A stretch of 39,704 bases of DNA from the sequence record MN510331.1. One strand, 5' to 3'. How positions within the stretch are numbered: the first letter of the stretch is position 1; each line of letters starts with the position of its first letter. This DNA comes from Escherichia phage vB_EcoP_PR_Kaz2018. The translations under genes and the position numbers were made by a program. Positions 7,488 through 17,776 of the stretch are shown here, one piece after another. Under the pieces are notes generated by a model, which did not search any database, was not told where the DNA came from, and worked only from the letters and a program-made list of their open reading frames with translations.

Positions 7488-7930
7488 CTACTTATGATAA
7501 TATGATTATCAAGCTAATCGATATGAACGATGGTAATCCAGACCATTTATATAACTGTTCCTTCAATTGTGCTGGAGTTCCTTGTAACATCTGCCCCGCT
7601 AAGGATGATGACGATATGACCTTAGGTGAAATCCGAGCGATGGACCCGCGTAAATCTCATCTGAATAAACTTGAGGTAACTCCTACAGATGACCAGCCTT
7701 CCACTGAATCAATCGAAGGTGTCACTAAGCCTTCCCATTACATGCTGTTCGACGACATTGAGGCTATCGAAGTGATTGCCCGTTCAATGACTCGTGAGCA
7801 GTTCAAAGGGTACTGCTTAGGGAACATCCTTAAGTACCGCCTACGCGCTGGTAAGAAAGTCAGAACTTGCTTACTTAGAGAAAGCCAGGGCGAAAGTTGG
7901 ATTCTATCAGGAGCTGTTCGACCTGCATAA
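7484..7930 (+). CDS. Hypothetical protein with Cys cluster (148 aa); gene 1.7 position
   Basis: ORF track; strong RBS AAGGAGGTGAT; motif CSFNCAGVPCNICP; function not established from sequence. Confidence 0.7.
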   Translation: MTTYDNMIIKLIDMNDGNPDHLYNCSFNCAGVPCNICPAKDDDDMTLGEIRAMDPRKSHLNKLEVTPTDDQPSTESIEGVTKPSHYMLFDDIEAIEVIARSMTREQFKGYCLGNILKYRLRAGKKVRTCLLRESQGESWILSGAVRPA

Positions 7931-7941
7931 AGGTAAGTGCT

Positions 7942-8169
7942 ATGACGCGTGAAGAACTTCAAGCTGCATCGGCGAAGCGTAGAGCGCAAAGATTTTATCG
8001 TGCATACAAGGCGCTGCGTAAGGGTATGTCGATGTTCAAATTAGGACACAGGGAGTATTGTGATAGCGACCTCCTACCGTTTGCTTATAAGAAGACACCT
8101 AGTCTGATTATCAAGGTAGAGGAGTATGAATATTCTGATGACTGTGTTATGGTGAACCGCTATGCTTAA
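7942..8169 (+). CDS. Hypothetical protein (75 aa)
   Basis: Track ORF 7897..8169 starts on TTG; first ATG at 7942 with AAAGG 8 nt upstream. Confidence 0.55.
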   Translation: MTREELQAASAKRRAQRFYRAYKALRKGMSMFKLGHREYCDSDLLPFAYKKTPSLIIKVEEYEYSDDCVMVNRYA

Positions 8170-8266
8170 CGATGTTCTGTACTTCGGCTTAATTTGCGCT
8201 GGAGTAGGCGCGTTACTTCGCTTAATGTATTGGGAGATAGAGGTGGAATATGGTAAAACCAAGTGA
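8162..8266 (+). CDS. Hypothetical small hydrophobic peptide (34 aa)
   Basis: Hand-translated [34 protein letters not shown]; ATG overlaps the preceding stop. Confidence 0.3.
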   Translation: MLNDVLYFGLICAGVGALLRLMYWEIEVEYGKTK

Positions 8267-8348
8267 GTGGTGCCGTGAGATGTATGAGAAGACGCTCAAC
8301 CCGGACTACATCACGTTATACAACCAATGGAAGGAGCGCGGTTTATGA
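8250..8348 (+). CDS. Hypothetical small protein (32 aa)
   Basis: RBS GGAGATAGAGGTGG upstream; stop overlaps the gene 2 start (ATGA). Confidence 0.35.
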   Translation: MVKPSEWCREMYEKTLNPDYITLYNQWKERGL

Positions 8349-8503
8349 CTGAGGTTGAAAAGAAATACATCGTGGAGCTTGAGGGACGCGTTCAGTCCTT
8401 CGAGGTTCCGTTGTACGCAAAGTCTCTTGAAGAGGCTACCCTGAAGTCCCAAGAGTATGAGGACGCTGGGTTTGTGGTCGGACGGATTCGTCCTGAGACC
8501 TAA
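8345..8503 (+). CDS. 2: gp2-like inhibitor of host RNA polymerase (52 aa)
   Basis: Hand-translated ...[35 protein letters not shown] matches remembered T7 gp2 ([34 protein letters not shown]); AAGGAG RBS. Confidence 0.85.
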   Translation: MTEVEKKYIVELEGRVQSFEVPLYAKSLEEATLKSQEYEDAGFVVGRIRPET

Positions 8504-8521
8504 ACTATCACTGTAGGACAG
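8499..8521 (+). promoter_or_regulatory. Phage-RNAP promoter (variant CTGTA at -5 to -1)
   Basis: CCTAAACTATCACTGTA-GGACAG, +1 G at 8516; the gene 2 stop TAA is the TAA of the promoter. Confidence 0.7.
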
Positions 8522-8560
8522 ACGTCCAGTTCGTAACTTTTAAATAGGAGATTTACACCG

Positions 8561-8614
8561 ATGGCTAAAGAGCAACTGAAGACTTTCACCACTCCGGTAG
8601 CTGGTATCGTTTGA
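8561..8614 (+). other. Upstream in-frame segment of gene 2.5 ending at an opal codon
   Basis: ATG 8561 with AGGAG RBS encodes MAKEQLKTFTTPVAGIV then TGA at 8612..8614, in frame with the SSB ORF; resembles remembered T7 gp2.5 N-terminus MAKKIFTSALGTAEPYAYIA. Confidence 0.5.
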
Positions 8615-8623
8615 GCCTTACGC

Positions 8624-9259
8624 ATGGCTGACAAAGCAGACACCAAGTTTAATGATCGTGGTGAGCATAAGGTTAACCTGACTTTCGACCTGAGCAACCC
8701 GAAGGTCCGTAAGATGATTGATGTCTTACAGAAGATTCACGACGATGCGTATGCGAAAGCACTCGCAGACCACGAGAAGAACCCGCCTCAGGTTCAGCGT
8801 GGCAAGAAGCCTATCGAGCCGCGTGAAGGCGATATGCCGTGGATTGAGAATGGTGATGGTACTGTTACCCTAAAGTTTAAATGCTTTGCGTCTTACCTTA
8901 AAGACGGCAAGTCAGAGCCTATCGTATTACGGTTCTACGACACCGATGCTAAGTTAATCCGTGACGTCCCGAATATTGGCGCTGGCTCAAAGCTGAAGGT
9001 CAAGTTTAAAGTCCTGCCGTTCAAGTGGAACGCTGCGACTGGTGCAAGCGTTAAGCTCCAGCTTGAGTCCTGCCTTCTGGTAGAACTGAAGGAGTGGAAA
9101 GGTGATGGTGCTGGTGGCGATGGTGGCTGGGGCGATGATGAAGACCTCGGTACTGGCTACAAAGCGTCAACCGATGGTGACTTCGGTGACGATGACTTCG
9201 GTGATGATGGTTCCGAAGGTGGTGGCGACTCCAACTCTGGTGGCGACTACGACTTCTAA
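8624..9259 (+). CDS. 2.5: Single-stranded DNA-binding protein with acidic C-terminal tail
   Basis: GDMPW..NGDGT, SKLKVKFKVLPFKWNAATGASVKLQLES and tail ...GGDYDF match T7 gp2.5; the ORF may really begin at 8561 (see findings). Confidence 0.9.
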   Translation: MADKADTKFNDRGEHKVNLTFDLSNPKVRKMIDVLQKIHDDAYAKALADHEKNPPQVQRGKKPIEPREGDMPWIENGDGTVTLKFKCFASYLKDGKSEPIVLRFYDTDAKLIRDVPNIGAGSKLKVKFKVLPFKWNAATGASVKLQLESCLLVELKEWKGDGAGGDGGWGDDEDLGTGYKASTDGDFGDDDFGDDGSEGGGDSNSGGDYDF

Positions 9260-9711
9260 TGGCCCAATGGTCTGCAAAACGGGGGCACTCTGTGGGTGCC
9301 TACCGCTCTGGACTTGAAGCCAAGAACCAGCAGTGGCTGGAACATAACGGCGTCAAAGCGGAGTACGAAAGCCATTATATCAACTATGTGATTCCGGCTT
9401 CCGACCACAAGTACACACCAGATTTTATTCTTCCTAACGGTATTATCGTGGAGACCAAAGGTATCTTCGCAGTGGATGACCGTAAGAAGCATCTTCTGGT
9501 ACGAGAACAGCATCCAGAGTTAGACATCCGGTTCGTGTTCTCAAGTTCCCGCTCCAAGCTATACAAAGGGTCTCCTACCACGTATGGCGCATGGTGCGAA
9601 AAGAACGGCTTTAAGTATGCCGATAAATTCATCCCTGTTGAGTGGCTGCGAGAGGCGACTGTACGTCTGCCCTCAGGTATACTCATCCCGAAGAAAGGAG
9701 TTAAGAAATGA
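9259..9711 (+). CDS. 3: Endonuclease I (Holliday-junction resolvase)
   Basis: YVIPASDHKYTPDF, VETKG, DDRKKHLLVREQHPELDIRFVFSSSRSKLYKGSPTTYG match T7 gp3. Confidence 0.95.
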   Translation: MAQWSAKRGHSVGAYRSGLEAKNQQWLEHNGVKAEYESHYINYVIPASDHKYTPDFILPNGIIVETKGIFAVDDRKKHLLVREQHPELDIRFVFSSSRSKLYKGSPTTYGAWCEKNGFKYADKFIPVEWLREATVRLPSGILIPKKGVKK

Positions 9712-10178
9712 GCAAGCAGTTTAAACTGTTAAGTGCTGAGTGTGGCTGGCCTTGTGGGACTATCGTTACCCAGTGTGAGAAGGACCCCCAGCCAGCGATA
9801 GGAATGATTCTAGTTGAGTGCCAGACTCCAGGCACCTACAAACACGGGTCTAAAGGCCACAATACGCAACCTGAGGGAATGTGGGGAGCGTGGGTCTGTA
9901 CTGAACGCCTTGAAGAAATCAAGACAGAAGAGAAACACCAAGTCCTGCCAACTTCGAGCGTACCTCCTGTGACTGTGAAGCGTGAAGTCCTGACCATTGA
10001 TAAAATCCCGGTAGGCTATGCGTTTATCGTCCACGGTAAGCCGGGTGAAGTGTACGTGAAGATTAGTAACTCTCACGTCTTCAACCATAAGTTACTCCAG
10101 ATGCACACCACCGGATGCACACCGCTTCCAACGTCATCTGAACCTCGTAGCTGTAGAGCTGGTGGTGTACAATGGTGA
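9708..10178 (+). CDS. Hypothetical Cys-rich protein (156 aa)
   Basis: ORF track; strong RBS AAAGGAG; start overlaps the gene 3 stop (ATGA); no counterpart in T7 as I recall. Confidence 0.7.
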   Translation: MSKQFKLLSAECGWPCGTIVTQCEKDPQPAIGMILVECQTPGTYKHGSKGHNTQPEGMWGAWVCTERLEEIKTEEKHQVLPTSSVPPVTVKREVLTIDKIPVGYAFIVHGKPGEVYVKISNSHVFNHKLLQMHTTGCTPLPTSSEPRSCRAGGVQW

Positions 10179-10630
10179 GTAAGGTGCAATTCAACCCACG
10201 GTCCCGGACTGACGCTATCTTCGTTCACTGTTCGGCTACCAAGCCAGAGATGGACATCGGGGTAGAGACCATCCGTATGTGGCACAAGCAGCAAGGCTGG
10301 CTGGATGTAGGCTACCACTTTATCATCAAGCGTGACGGTACTGTGGAAGATGGTCGCCCGGTAAATGTCGTAGGGTCACACGTTAAGGATTGGAACTCCC
10401 GGTCAGTAGGCGTCTGCCTTGTAGGTGGAATTGACGCTAAGGGTCAGTTTGAAGCTAACTTCACTCCAGCCCAGATGAACTCCCTGCGCAACAAGCTGGC
10501 TGACCTGAAGGTCCTGTATCCTCAGGCAGAAATCAAAGCACACCATGACGTAGCACCTAAGGCGTGTCCAAGTTTTGACTTGCAACGCTGGCTGTCTACC
10601 AATGAACTGGTCACTTCCGACCGTGGTTAA
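10172..10630 (+). CDS. 3.5: Lysozyme (N-acetylmuramoyl-L-alanine amidase; T7 RNAP inhibitor family)
   Basis: DAIFVHCSATKP, WLDVGYHFIIKRDGTVE, GVCLVGGID, HHDVAPKACPSFD, NELVTSDRG match T7 gp3.5. Confidence 0.95.
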   Translation: MVSKVQFNPRSRTDAIFVHCSATKPEMDIGVETIRMWHKQQGWLDVGYHFIIKRDGTVEDGRPVNVVGSHVKDWNSRSVGVCLVGGIDAKGQFEANFTPAQMNSLRNKLADLKVLYPQAEIKAHHDVAPKACPSFDLQRWLSTNELVTSDRG

Positions 10631-10654
10631 TAAACTCTAAGGGAGAACAACCCA

Positions 10655-10870
10655 ATGATTAAACTTATCGAATTTCTTGGTCGTCTGGTGGTGCGTGGGT
10701 ATCGTCGTGCTGCGGTACTGGAACGAAAGGTAGAAAAGAAGACTGCGGACGGTGCGGCTGATGCTGCTGCTCTGGCTGACAAGCTGACCATAGCGTCACT
10801 GGAAGCTGGCATGAAGGCGCGTCAGGCTGACACCAAAGCTGACCAGTTGGCTCAGTTATTCAAAGCCTAA
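10655..10870 (+). CDS. Hypothetical protein (71 aa)
   Basis: ORF track; RBS AAGGGAGAA upstream; stop TAA lies inside the next promoter. Confidence 0.6.
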   Translation: MIKLIEFLGRLVVRGYRRAAVLERKVEKKTADGAADAAALADKLTIASLEAGMKARQADTKADQLAQLFKA

Positions 10871-10888
10871 ACTATCACCTTAGGGATG
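10866..10888 (+). promoter_or_regulatory. Phage-RNAP promoter, degenerate (CACCTTA), followed by a stable hairpin
   Basis: CCTAAACTATCACCTTA-GGGATG, +1 G at 10883; transcript begins with 10-bp stem 10883..10907 and a U-rich tract. Confidence 0.55.
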
Positions 10889-10935
10889 GGACCATTAGTC
10901 CTGTCCCTTTGTTCGCATTTGTGACTAAGGAGTGA

Positions 10936-12856
<1,921 letters not shown>

Positions 12857-12859
12857 GTC

Positions 12860-12900
12860 TAGACTCAAGGTCATTCATAGCGAGTGGCCTTTATGATTAG
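12860..12900 (+). promoter_or_regulatory. Late-type hairpin element, copy 2; putative RNase III site (T7 R4.7 position)
   Basis: TAGACTCAAGGTCAT ... GTGGCCTTTATGATTAG; stem 12867..12874 with 12884..12891. Confidence 0.5.
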
Positions 12901-12920
12901 ACTAAAGCGGAGGATTAACC

Positions 12921-14936
12921 ATGTTTGACCTTAAGAGTATCTGGGGTTCTGACATCGAGACCAACGGTCTCCTTGATACAGTCTCCCAGTTTCACTGTGG
13001 GGTCCTGATTAACGCCGAGTCGAATGAGACCCTTAAGTATGGGGTAGCTCCGATGGTCGGTATCGTCGGCGGCTTCAAAGAGTATGTTCATAAAGTGGAA
13101 GAGATTGCCGCATCACCTGATGGTATGCTGGTATTCCATAACGGTATCAACTATGACGTCCCGTCTATAGACAAGCTGAAGCGTTTGTACTTTGGGAAAC
13201 GCTTTAACTTCCCGAAACATAAGATGATTGATACCTTGGTGCTGGGACGCTTGATGTATCCAAACATTAAGTTCTCAGACATGGGCGCGGTGAAAGCTGG
13301 TCGTCTGCCACCTAAGATGATGGGACGCCAGTCTCTTGAGGCTTGGGGCTATCGTCTCGGTGAGATGAAAGGTGAGTACAAACACGATTACGTTGCCAAG
13401 TGCAAGGCTGAAGGTATCGAATATAAGGCTGGGGACGAATGGTTGTTCCCGTCTCAGGAGATGCTGGACTATAACGTTCAAGACGTTGTGGTCACACTGG
13501 CGTTGTTCAAGAAGTTCCTGACTGACAAGTATTACTTCCAGTCTGAACAGTTCGCTTTCGACCAGATTTATGCGTTGCGTCTGGAACATGATGCTGCGTG
13601 GACCTGTGCGAAGATGGAGCGTAACGGCTATCCGATGAACACCGAGATGGTCGAAGGCTTATATCGTGAACTCACTGTCAAACGTGCAGAGTTGCTGGAC
13701 AAGCTGCGTTCGACTTTCGGTAGCTGGTACGCACCAAAGGGAGGCAAGGAGTTCTTCAGGCATCCACGGACAGGTAAGGACCTTCCGAAGTATCCGAGGG
13801 TCGTGTATCCTAAGGTCGGTGGCATCTTTAAGAAGCCGAAGAACAAAGCTCAACGCTTATGTCTTGAACCTTGTGAACGCGATACGCGAGACACGATGGA
13901 AGGAGCACCATTCACGCCAATCACTTACGTTGAGTTTAATCCGGGAAGCGGAGACCACTTAGCGAAAGTCCTGATGGAGCGTGGCTGGGAGCCTGTTGAC
14001 TTCACTGACACCGGGAAACCTGTAGTCGATGACGAGACGTTGGAACACGTTAAGTTACCAGACGCAGAGGCTCAGGCTTGCGTAGAGCTGGTCCGTGAGT
14101 ATCTGGTAGTCCAGAAGCGCATCGGACAGGCTGCTGAAGGTAAGAACGCATGGTTGAAACTTGTAGGTCCAGACGGACGTATGCACGGTTCAATCAACCC
14201 TTGTGGAGCAGTAACCGGACGTGCGACCCATAGTTCACCAAACATGGCTCAGGTCCCGGCTAACGGTGCTCCGTATGGTGAGACTTGCCGTGGTGCTTTC
14301 GGTGCAGCGTGGAACAAGAAGGATGGCAAGCCAGACCCTTGGATTCAAGTAGGTGTGGATGCTTCAGGTCTTGAGCTTCGTTGTCTGGGGAACCGTGCGT
14401 CTCCGTTCGATGGTGGCGAATACGCGAAGACTGTGGTCGAAGGTGACATCCACTGGGCCAATGCGGTCAACGCAGGGTTAGCACCTAACGTCCCACGCGA
14501 TAAGTCTAACCACGACCATGAGGCTTTCCGCAACAACGCCAAGACGTTCATCTATGCGTTCCTGTATGGTGCAGGGGCCGCTAAGATTGGACTGATAGTT
14601 GGCGGTGGTAAGAAGGAAGGTTCAGCTCTCATGAAGAAATTCATTGAGGGTACACCAGCCATCAAGGACCTCAGGGAAGCTGTGAGTAATACGTTAATAT
14701 CAGACTCTAAGTGGGTGGACGGAGAGAACATCGTCAAGTGGAAACGCCGTTGGCTGCGTGGACTTGATGGTCGTCGTATCCACATCCGGTCCCCGCACTC
14801 AGCACTTAACGCCCTACTTCAGGGTGACGGTGCGGTGGTCTGTAAGCACTGGATAGTCGAGACCGAGCGTATGCTTGAAGAAGCTGGCTATGTCCACGGC
14901 TGGGAAGGTGACTTTGCGTACATGGCTTGGGTTCAT
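12921..14936 (+). CDS. 5: DNA polymerase, exon 1 (672 codons)
   Basis: Colinear with T7 gp5 from the 3'-5' exonuclease domain to ...GDFAYMAWVH; the ORF then hits TAA where T7 continues DEIQ... Confidence 0.95.
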
Positions 14937-15534
14937 TAACATCATGGTGCACATTAAATCTGGTGAACTCGGTGAACTCCTAATGGGACAATACCGAGCC
15001 AAGCCATAGGGAGGATGTATGAGAGGCAAGAAGTTAATTCTTGAGGCCACTGAGACTGGCTGCATAATCCCTACGTCACATAAATTGAATCAGGATGGAT
15101 ACTTCCGAAAGAGGACTAACGGTGTCCTTGAGATGTATCATAGAACTGTATGGATTAAAGCTAATGGTCCAATACCTGAAGGTTTCGAAGTAGACCACAA
15201 GTGTCGTAATAGAGCTTGTTGCAACGTCGAACATCTACAAGTATTAGACCGTGACTCACACTTAGTCAAGACCAACCAAGAGCGATACGCTGCTAGGAAG
15301 CTAGAAGCACGAGACTACTGGGTAGAGACTGGGTGTACAGGAACGAAGTTAGCCGAAGTATTCAATGTGTCGTTCTCAGCCGCCTGTGGGTGGATTAGAG
15401 AGTGGAAGGCGTAGAGACTATCCGAAAGGAGTAGGGCCGTGGGTGAGATTCCCACGTAACCCGAAGCGCCAGACAGTCACCTCAAAGACTGATGATATAG
15501 TCCGACACTTCCAGTAATGGGAGAATACAGAAAG
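14937..15534 (+). mobile_element. Group I intron in the DNA polymerase gene, containing an HNH endonuclease ORF
   Basis: 5' exon ends in U (14936) and intron ends in G (15534); candidate guide sequence GUGAAC (14963..14968 or 14972..14977) pairs with exon GUUCAU with a U-G wobble; flanking exons rejoin in frame. Confidence 0.8.
15019..15414 (+). CDS. HNH homing endonuclease encoded within the intron
   Basis: Motif EVDHKCRNRACCNVEHLQVLDRDSH is a His-Asn-His metal-finger signature; RBS GGGAGG upstream. Confidence 0.85.
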   Translation: MRGKKLILEATETGCIIPTSHKLNQDGYFRKRTNGVLEMYHRTVWIKANGPIPEGFEVDHKCRNRACCNVEHLQVLDRDSHLVKTNQERYAARKLEARDYWVETGCTGTKLAEVFNVSFSAACGWIREWKA

Positions 15535-15690
15535 GATGAGCTGCAAATTGCGTGTCGTACTCAGGAGATTGCCGAAGAAGTCGTCAAGATTGCTCAACTT
15601 GCTATGCGTAAGGTGGGCGAGTTCTATAACTTTAAATGCGTCCTTGACACCGAAGGGAAGATTGGACCAACGTGGAAGGAGTGCCACTAA
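15535..15690 (+). CDS. 5: DNA polymerase, exon 2 (51 codons plus stop)
   Basis: Hand-translated DELQIACRTQEIAEEVVKIAQLAMRKVGEFYNFKCVLDTEGKIGPTWKECH matches the remembered T7 gp5 C-terminus. Confidence 0.85.
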   Translation, partial: DELQIACRTQEIAEEVVKIAQLAMRKVGEFYNFKCVLDTEGKIGPTWKECH

Positions 15691-15938
15691 TGGCTATGAC
15701 CAAACGTATGCGAGTATCGTTCTCGCTGGGTGCTGTGCTGTCTACTGAAGACGTGAAGCAGTTCGAGAAGTCTCTCTGTGAGCTGAGCCGTAAGGTCCTG
15801 AACGGTGAGAAAGTCTCAGGGTTCGAGCGTAAGATGGTTGAAGTTGGCGTGACTGAAGGTCTGGAAGCTGTAGTCGAGCTGGTCTTCAAGAAAGGTATCT
15901 GTCGATGGTCTGAAAGAGGACCTGAGCCACTACGCTGA
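15690..15938 (+). CDS. 5.5: gp5.5-like protein
   Basis: Track ORF 15672 starts on GTG; ATG 15690 has AAGGAG 8 nt upstream and overlaps the polymerase stop (TAATG); MAMTKRMRVSF resembles the remembered T7 gp5.5 start. Confidence 0.7.
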   Translation: MAMTKRMRVSFSLGAVLSTEDVKQFEKSLCELSRKVLNGEKVSGFERKMVEVGVTEGLEAVVELVFKKGICRWSERGPEPLR

Positions 15939-15977
15939 CCAACCGTCCTTCGGTGACTTCCGAGTGGAGTTCAAACG

Positions 15978-16187
15978 ATGAGCGAATACTTACGGGTCCT
16001 AGCGGCCCTTAAGTCCTGCCCGAAGACCTTCCAGTCCAACTATGTGCGCAACAATGCAGCACTGGTGGCTGAGGCTGCGAGTCGTGGACATCTGAGCTGC
16101 CTGTCTATGGACGGGCGTAACAACGGTGCGTGGGAGATTACCGCTGCTGGCACCAAGTTCCTGAACCAACATGGAGGCTGTCTATGA
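15978..16187 (+). CDS. 5.7: gp5.7-like protein
   Basis: MSEYLRVLAALKSCPKTFQSNYVRNNAALVAEAASRGH..GAWEITAAGTKFL closely matches T7 gp5.7. Confidence 0.85.
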   Translation: MSEYLRVLAALKSCPKTFQSNYVRNNAALVAEAASRGHLSCLSMDGRNNGAWEITAAGTKFLNQHGGCL

Positions 16188-17050
16188 GTGAGAAGAAGAT
16201 TGCTCTGGTTCTGGATGGTGACTATCTGGTATTCTCTTCTATGGCTGCTGCCGAGGACGAGACTGACTGGGGCGATGACATCTGGACCCTTATCTGCGAC
16301 CATGAGAAGGCCCGTCGCATCCTTGAGAACACCATCGCTGAAATCGTTAAGAAGCGAAAGGCGTGGAAAGACGCTAAGATTGTGATGTGCTTCACCGACG
16401 ATTACAACTGGCGTAAGGACGTTCTGCCAACCTATAAGTCCAACCGCAAAGTTTCTCGCAAGCCTGTGGGATACAAGAAGTTCGTAGCCGAAGTAATGGC
16501 TGACCCACGGTTCAACAGCTTCCTGCGTCCTACGCTTGAGGGTGATGACTGTATGGGCATCATCGGGACCCGACCTCAGATTGTCGGCTGTGATCATGCG
16601 GTTCTGGTATCCTGCGATAAGGACTTCAAGACCATCCCGAACTGTGAGTTCTTCTGGTTAACCACTGGTGAAATCCTGAGTCATACGACTGCTGAGGCAG
16701 ACTACTGGCACATGGAGCAAACCATCAAGGGTGACACTACAGATGGCTACGGTGGCATTCCGGGGATGGGTGAGGACACCACTCGTGCGTTCCTTGACGA
16801 GCCGTACTACTTCGTGCAGGAGAGCCGTGAGCTTAAGACTGGTAAGAACAAAGGCCAGATTAAGACTGAGTGGAAGAAGTATCCAAAGCGTGAAGACATG
16901 ACGCTGTGGGACTGCATGGTGACTCTGGCTGCTAAAGCGGGGATGACCGAGGAGGAACTTCTGGTCCAAGCTCAGGTCGCTCGTATTTGTCGAGCCTCTG
17001 ACTACGACCCTAAGTCAAAGGAGGTCATCCTGTGGACACCATCCATGTAA
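16184..17050 (+). CDS. 6: 5'-3' exonuclease
   Basis: KPVGY, LEGDDCMGII, SCDKDFKTIPNC, TIKGDTTDGY, WDCMVTLAAKAGMTEEE match T7 gp6; start at ATG 16184 (ATGA overlap, GGAGG RBS) rather than track 16130. Confidence 0.95.
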   Translation: MSEKKIALVLDGDYLVFSSMAAAEDETDWGDDIWTLICDHEKARRILENTIAEIVKKRKAWKDAKIVMCFTDDYNWRKDVLPTYKSNRKVSRKPVGYKKFVAEVMADPRFNSFLRPTLEGDDCMGIIGTRPQIVGCDHAVLVSCDKDFKTIPNCEFFWLTTGEILSHTTAEADYWHMEQTIKGDTTDGYGGIPGMGEDTTRAFLDEPYYFVQESRELKTGKNKGQIKTEWKKYPKREDMTLWDCMVTLAAKAGMTEEELLVQAQVARICRASDYDPKSKEVILWTPSM

Positions 17051-17176
17051 TTTACTGGGCCGGACTTCTGGCCCTTTACTGCATGTACAAGTGGTTCGGG
17101 TCGAACAACCGCCCTAAACACTGAGTCTAACCGATAGTCATATCCTATCAATCCAACAGTCATCCATAGGTGAAAT

Positions 17177-17199
17177 ACTAAACTATCACTATAGGGACT
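17177..17199 (+). promoter_or_regulatory. Phage-RNAP promoter
   Basis: ACTAAACTATCACTATA-GGGACT, +1 G at 17194. Confidence 0.8.
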
Positions 17200-17260
17200 T
17201 TAGGACCTAAGATATGACTATAAGATAGACTTTAGTCTTAACTTAAAGAGGAGATTCAAG

Positions 17261-17533
17261 ATGGCGATTAATGCTATTGAAAACGTTGTTAAGCAGTTAC
17301 AGGAAGAAAGACTTGATGTCCCTAACATCTCCCAGTCTGCCATCCAGTTCCTGCACGTATTGTTCAACGCAAGCTATGCTGAGAAGATGGGAGCTATCAG
17401 TCTCCTCAAGCAGCAAGGCTACAGCGATGCGTTCATTGCCGGGTTCATCAAGGGTCTCCAGTATTGTTCTGACACTCTCGACTCTGCGATTGCTATGCGT
17501 CGTGAGCTGAAAGATACCGTTCAGTTCGATTAA
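17261..17533 (+). CDS. Hypothetical protein (90 aa); gene 6.5 position
   Basis: ORF track; RBS AAAGAGGAGA; assignment by position. Confidence 0.8.
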   Translation: MAINAIENVVKQLQEERLDVPNISQSAIQFLHVLFNASYAEKMGAISLLKQQGYSDAFIAGFIKGLQYCSDTLDSAIAMRRELKDTVQFD

Positions 17534-17547
17534 CTGTAGGAGGGACT

Positions 17548-17772
17548 ATGTGTTTCAGTCCAAAGATTAGCACTCCGAAGCCTTCGGTCCAAGCACCTGA
17601 ACCAGCACCTCTGAGTGAGGAAGTTGCGTCAGTTGACATCGGGGCTGAATCGGATGTTGACACCAACGAGACCAAAGGTATCAAAGACCTGAAGGTCAAG
17701 AAGGAGTCTGCACCTAAAGATAAATCGTCAGTTAGCCGCGCTATGCGAGCCTCTGGCGTCAACATGGGGTAA
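17548..17772 (+). CDS. 6.7: gp6.7-like virion protein
   Basis: MCFSPKISTPKP...EPAPLSEEV resembles remembered T7 gp6.7 (MCFSPKIKTPK...EPAPLTQEV). Confidence 0.85.
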   Translation: MCFSPKISTPKPSVQAPEPAPLSEEVASVDIGAESDVDTNETKGIKDLKVKKESAPKDKSSVSRAMRASGVNMG

Positions 17773-17776
17773 GACA

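Noticed and set aside
9102-9317. 71-aa ORF in an alternate frame across the SSB C-terminus
   Set aside because: Low-complexity translation of the Gly/Asp-rich acidic tail in another frame; no RBS
15672-15689. Upstream GTG start for the gp5.5-like gene, as in the ORF track
   Set aside because: ATG 15690 has an AAGGAG RBS at ideal spacing and gives the MAMTK N-terminus expected from T7; the GTG extension overlaps the polymerase exon 2
16040-16597. 185-aa minus-strand ORF, and all other minus-strand ORFs in the track (e.g. 20120..20695, 21571..22125, 36584..37093)
   Set aside because: Every recognised gene, promoter and terminator is on the + strand, as in all T7-group phages; these overlap conserved + strand genes and are shadow ORFs
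17057-17077. Hairpin GGGCCG-GACUUC-UGGCCC after gene 6 as a terminator
   Set aside because: Only a 6-bp stem and a three-U tail; too weak to call
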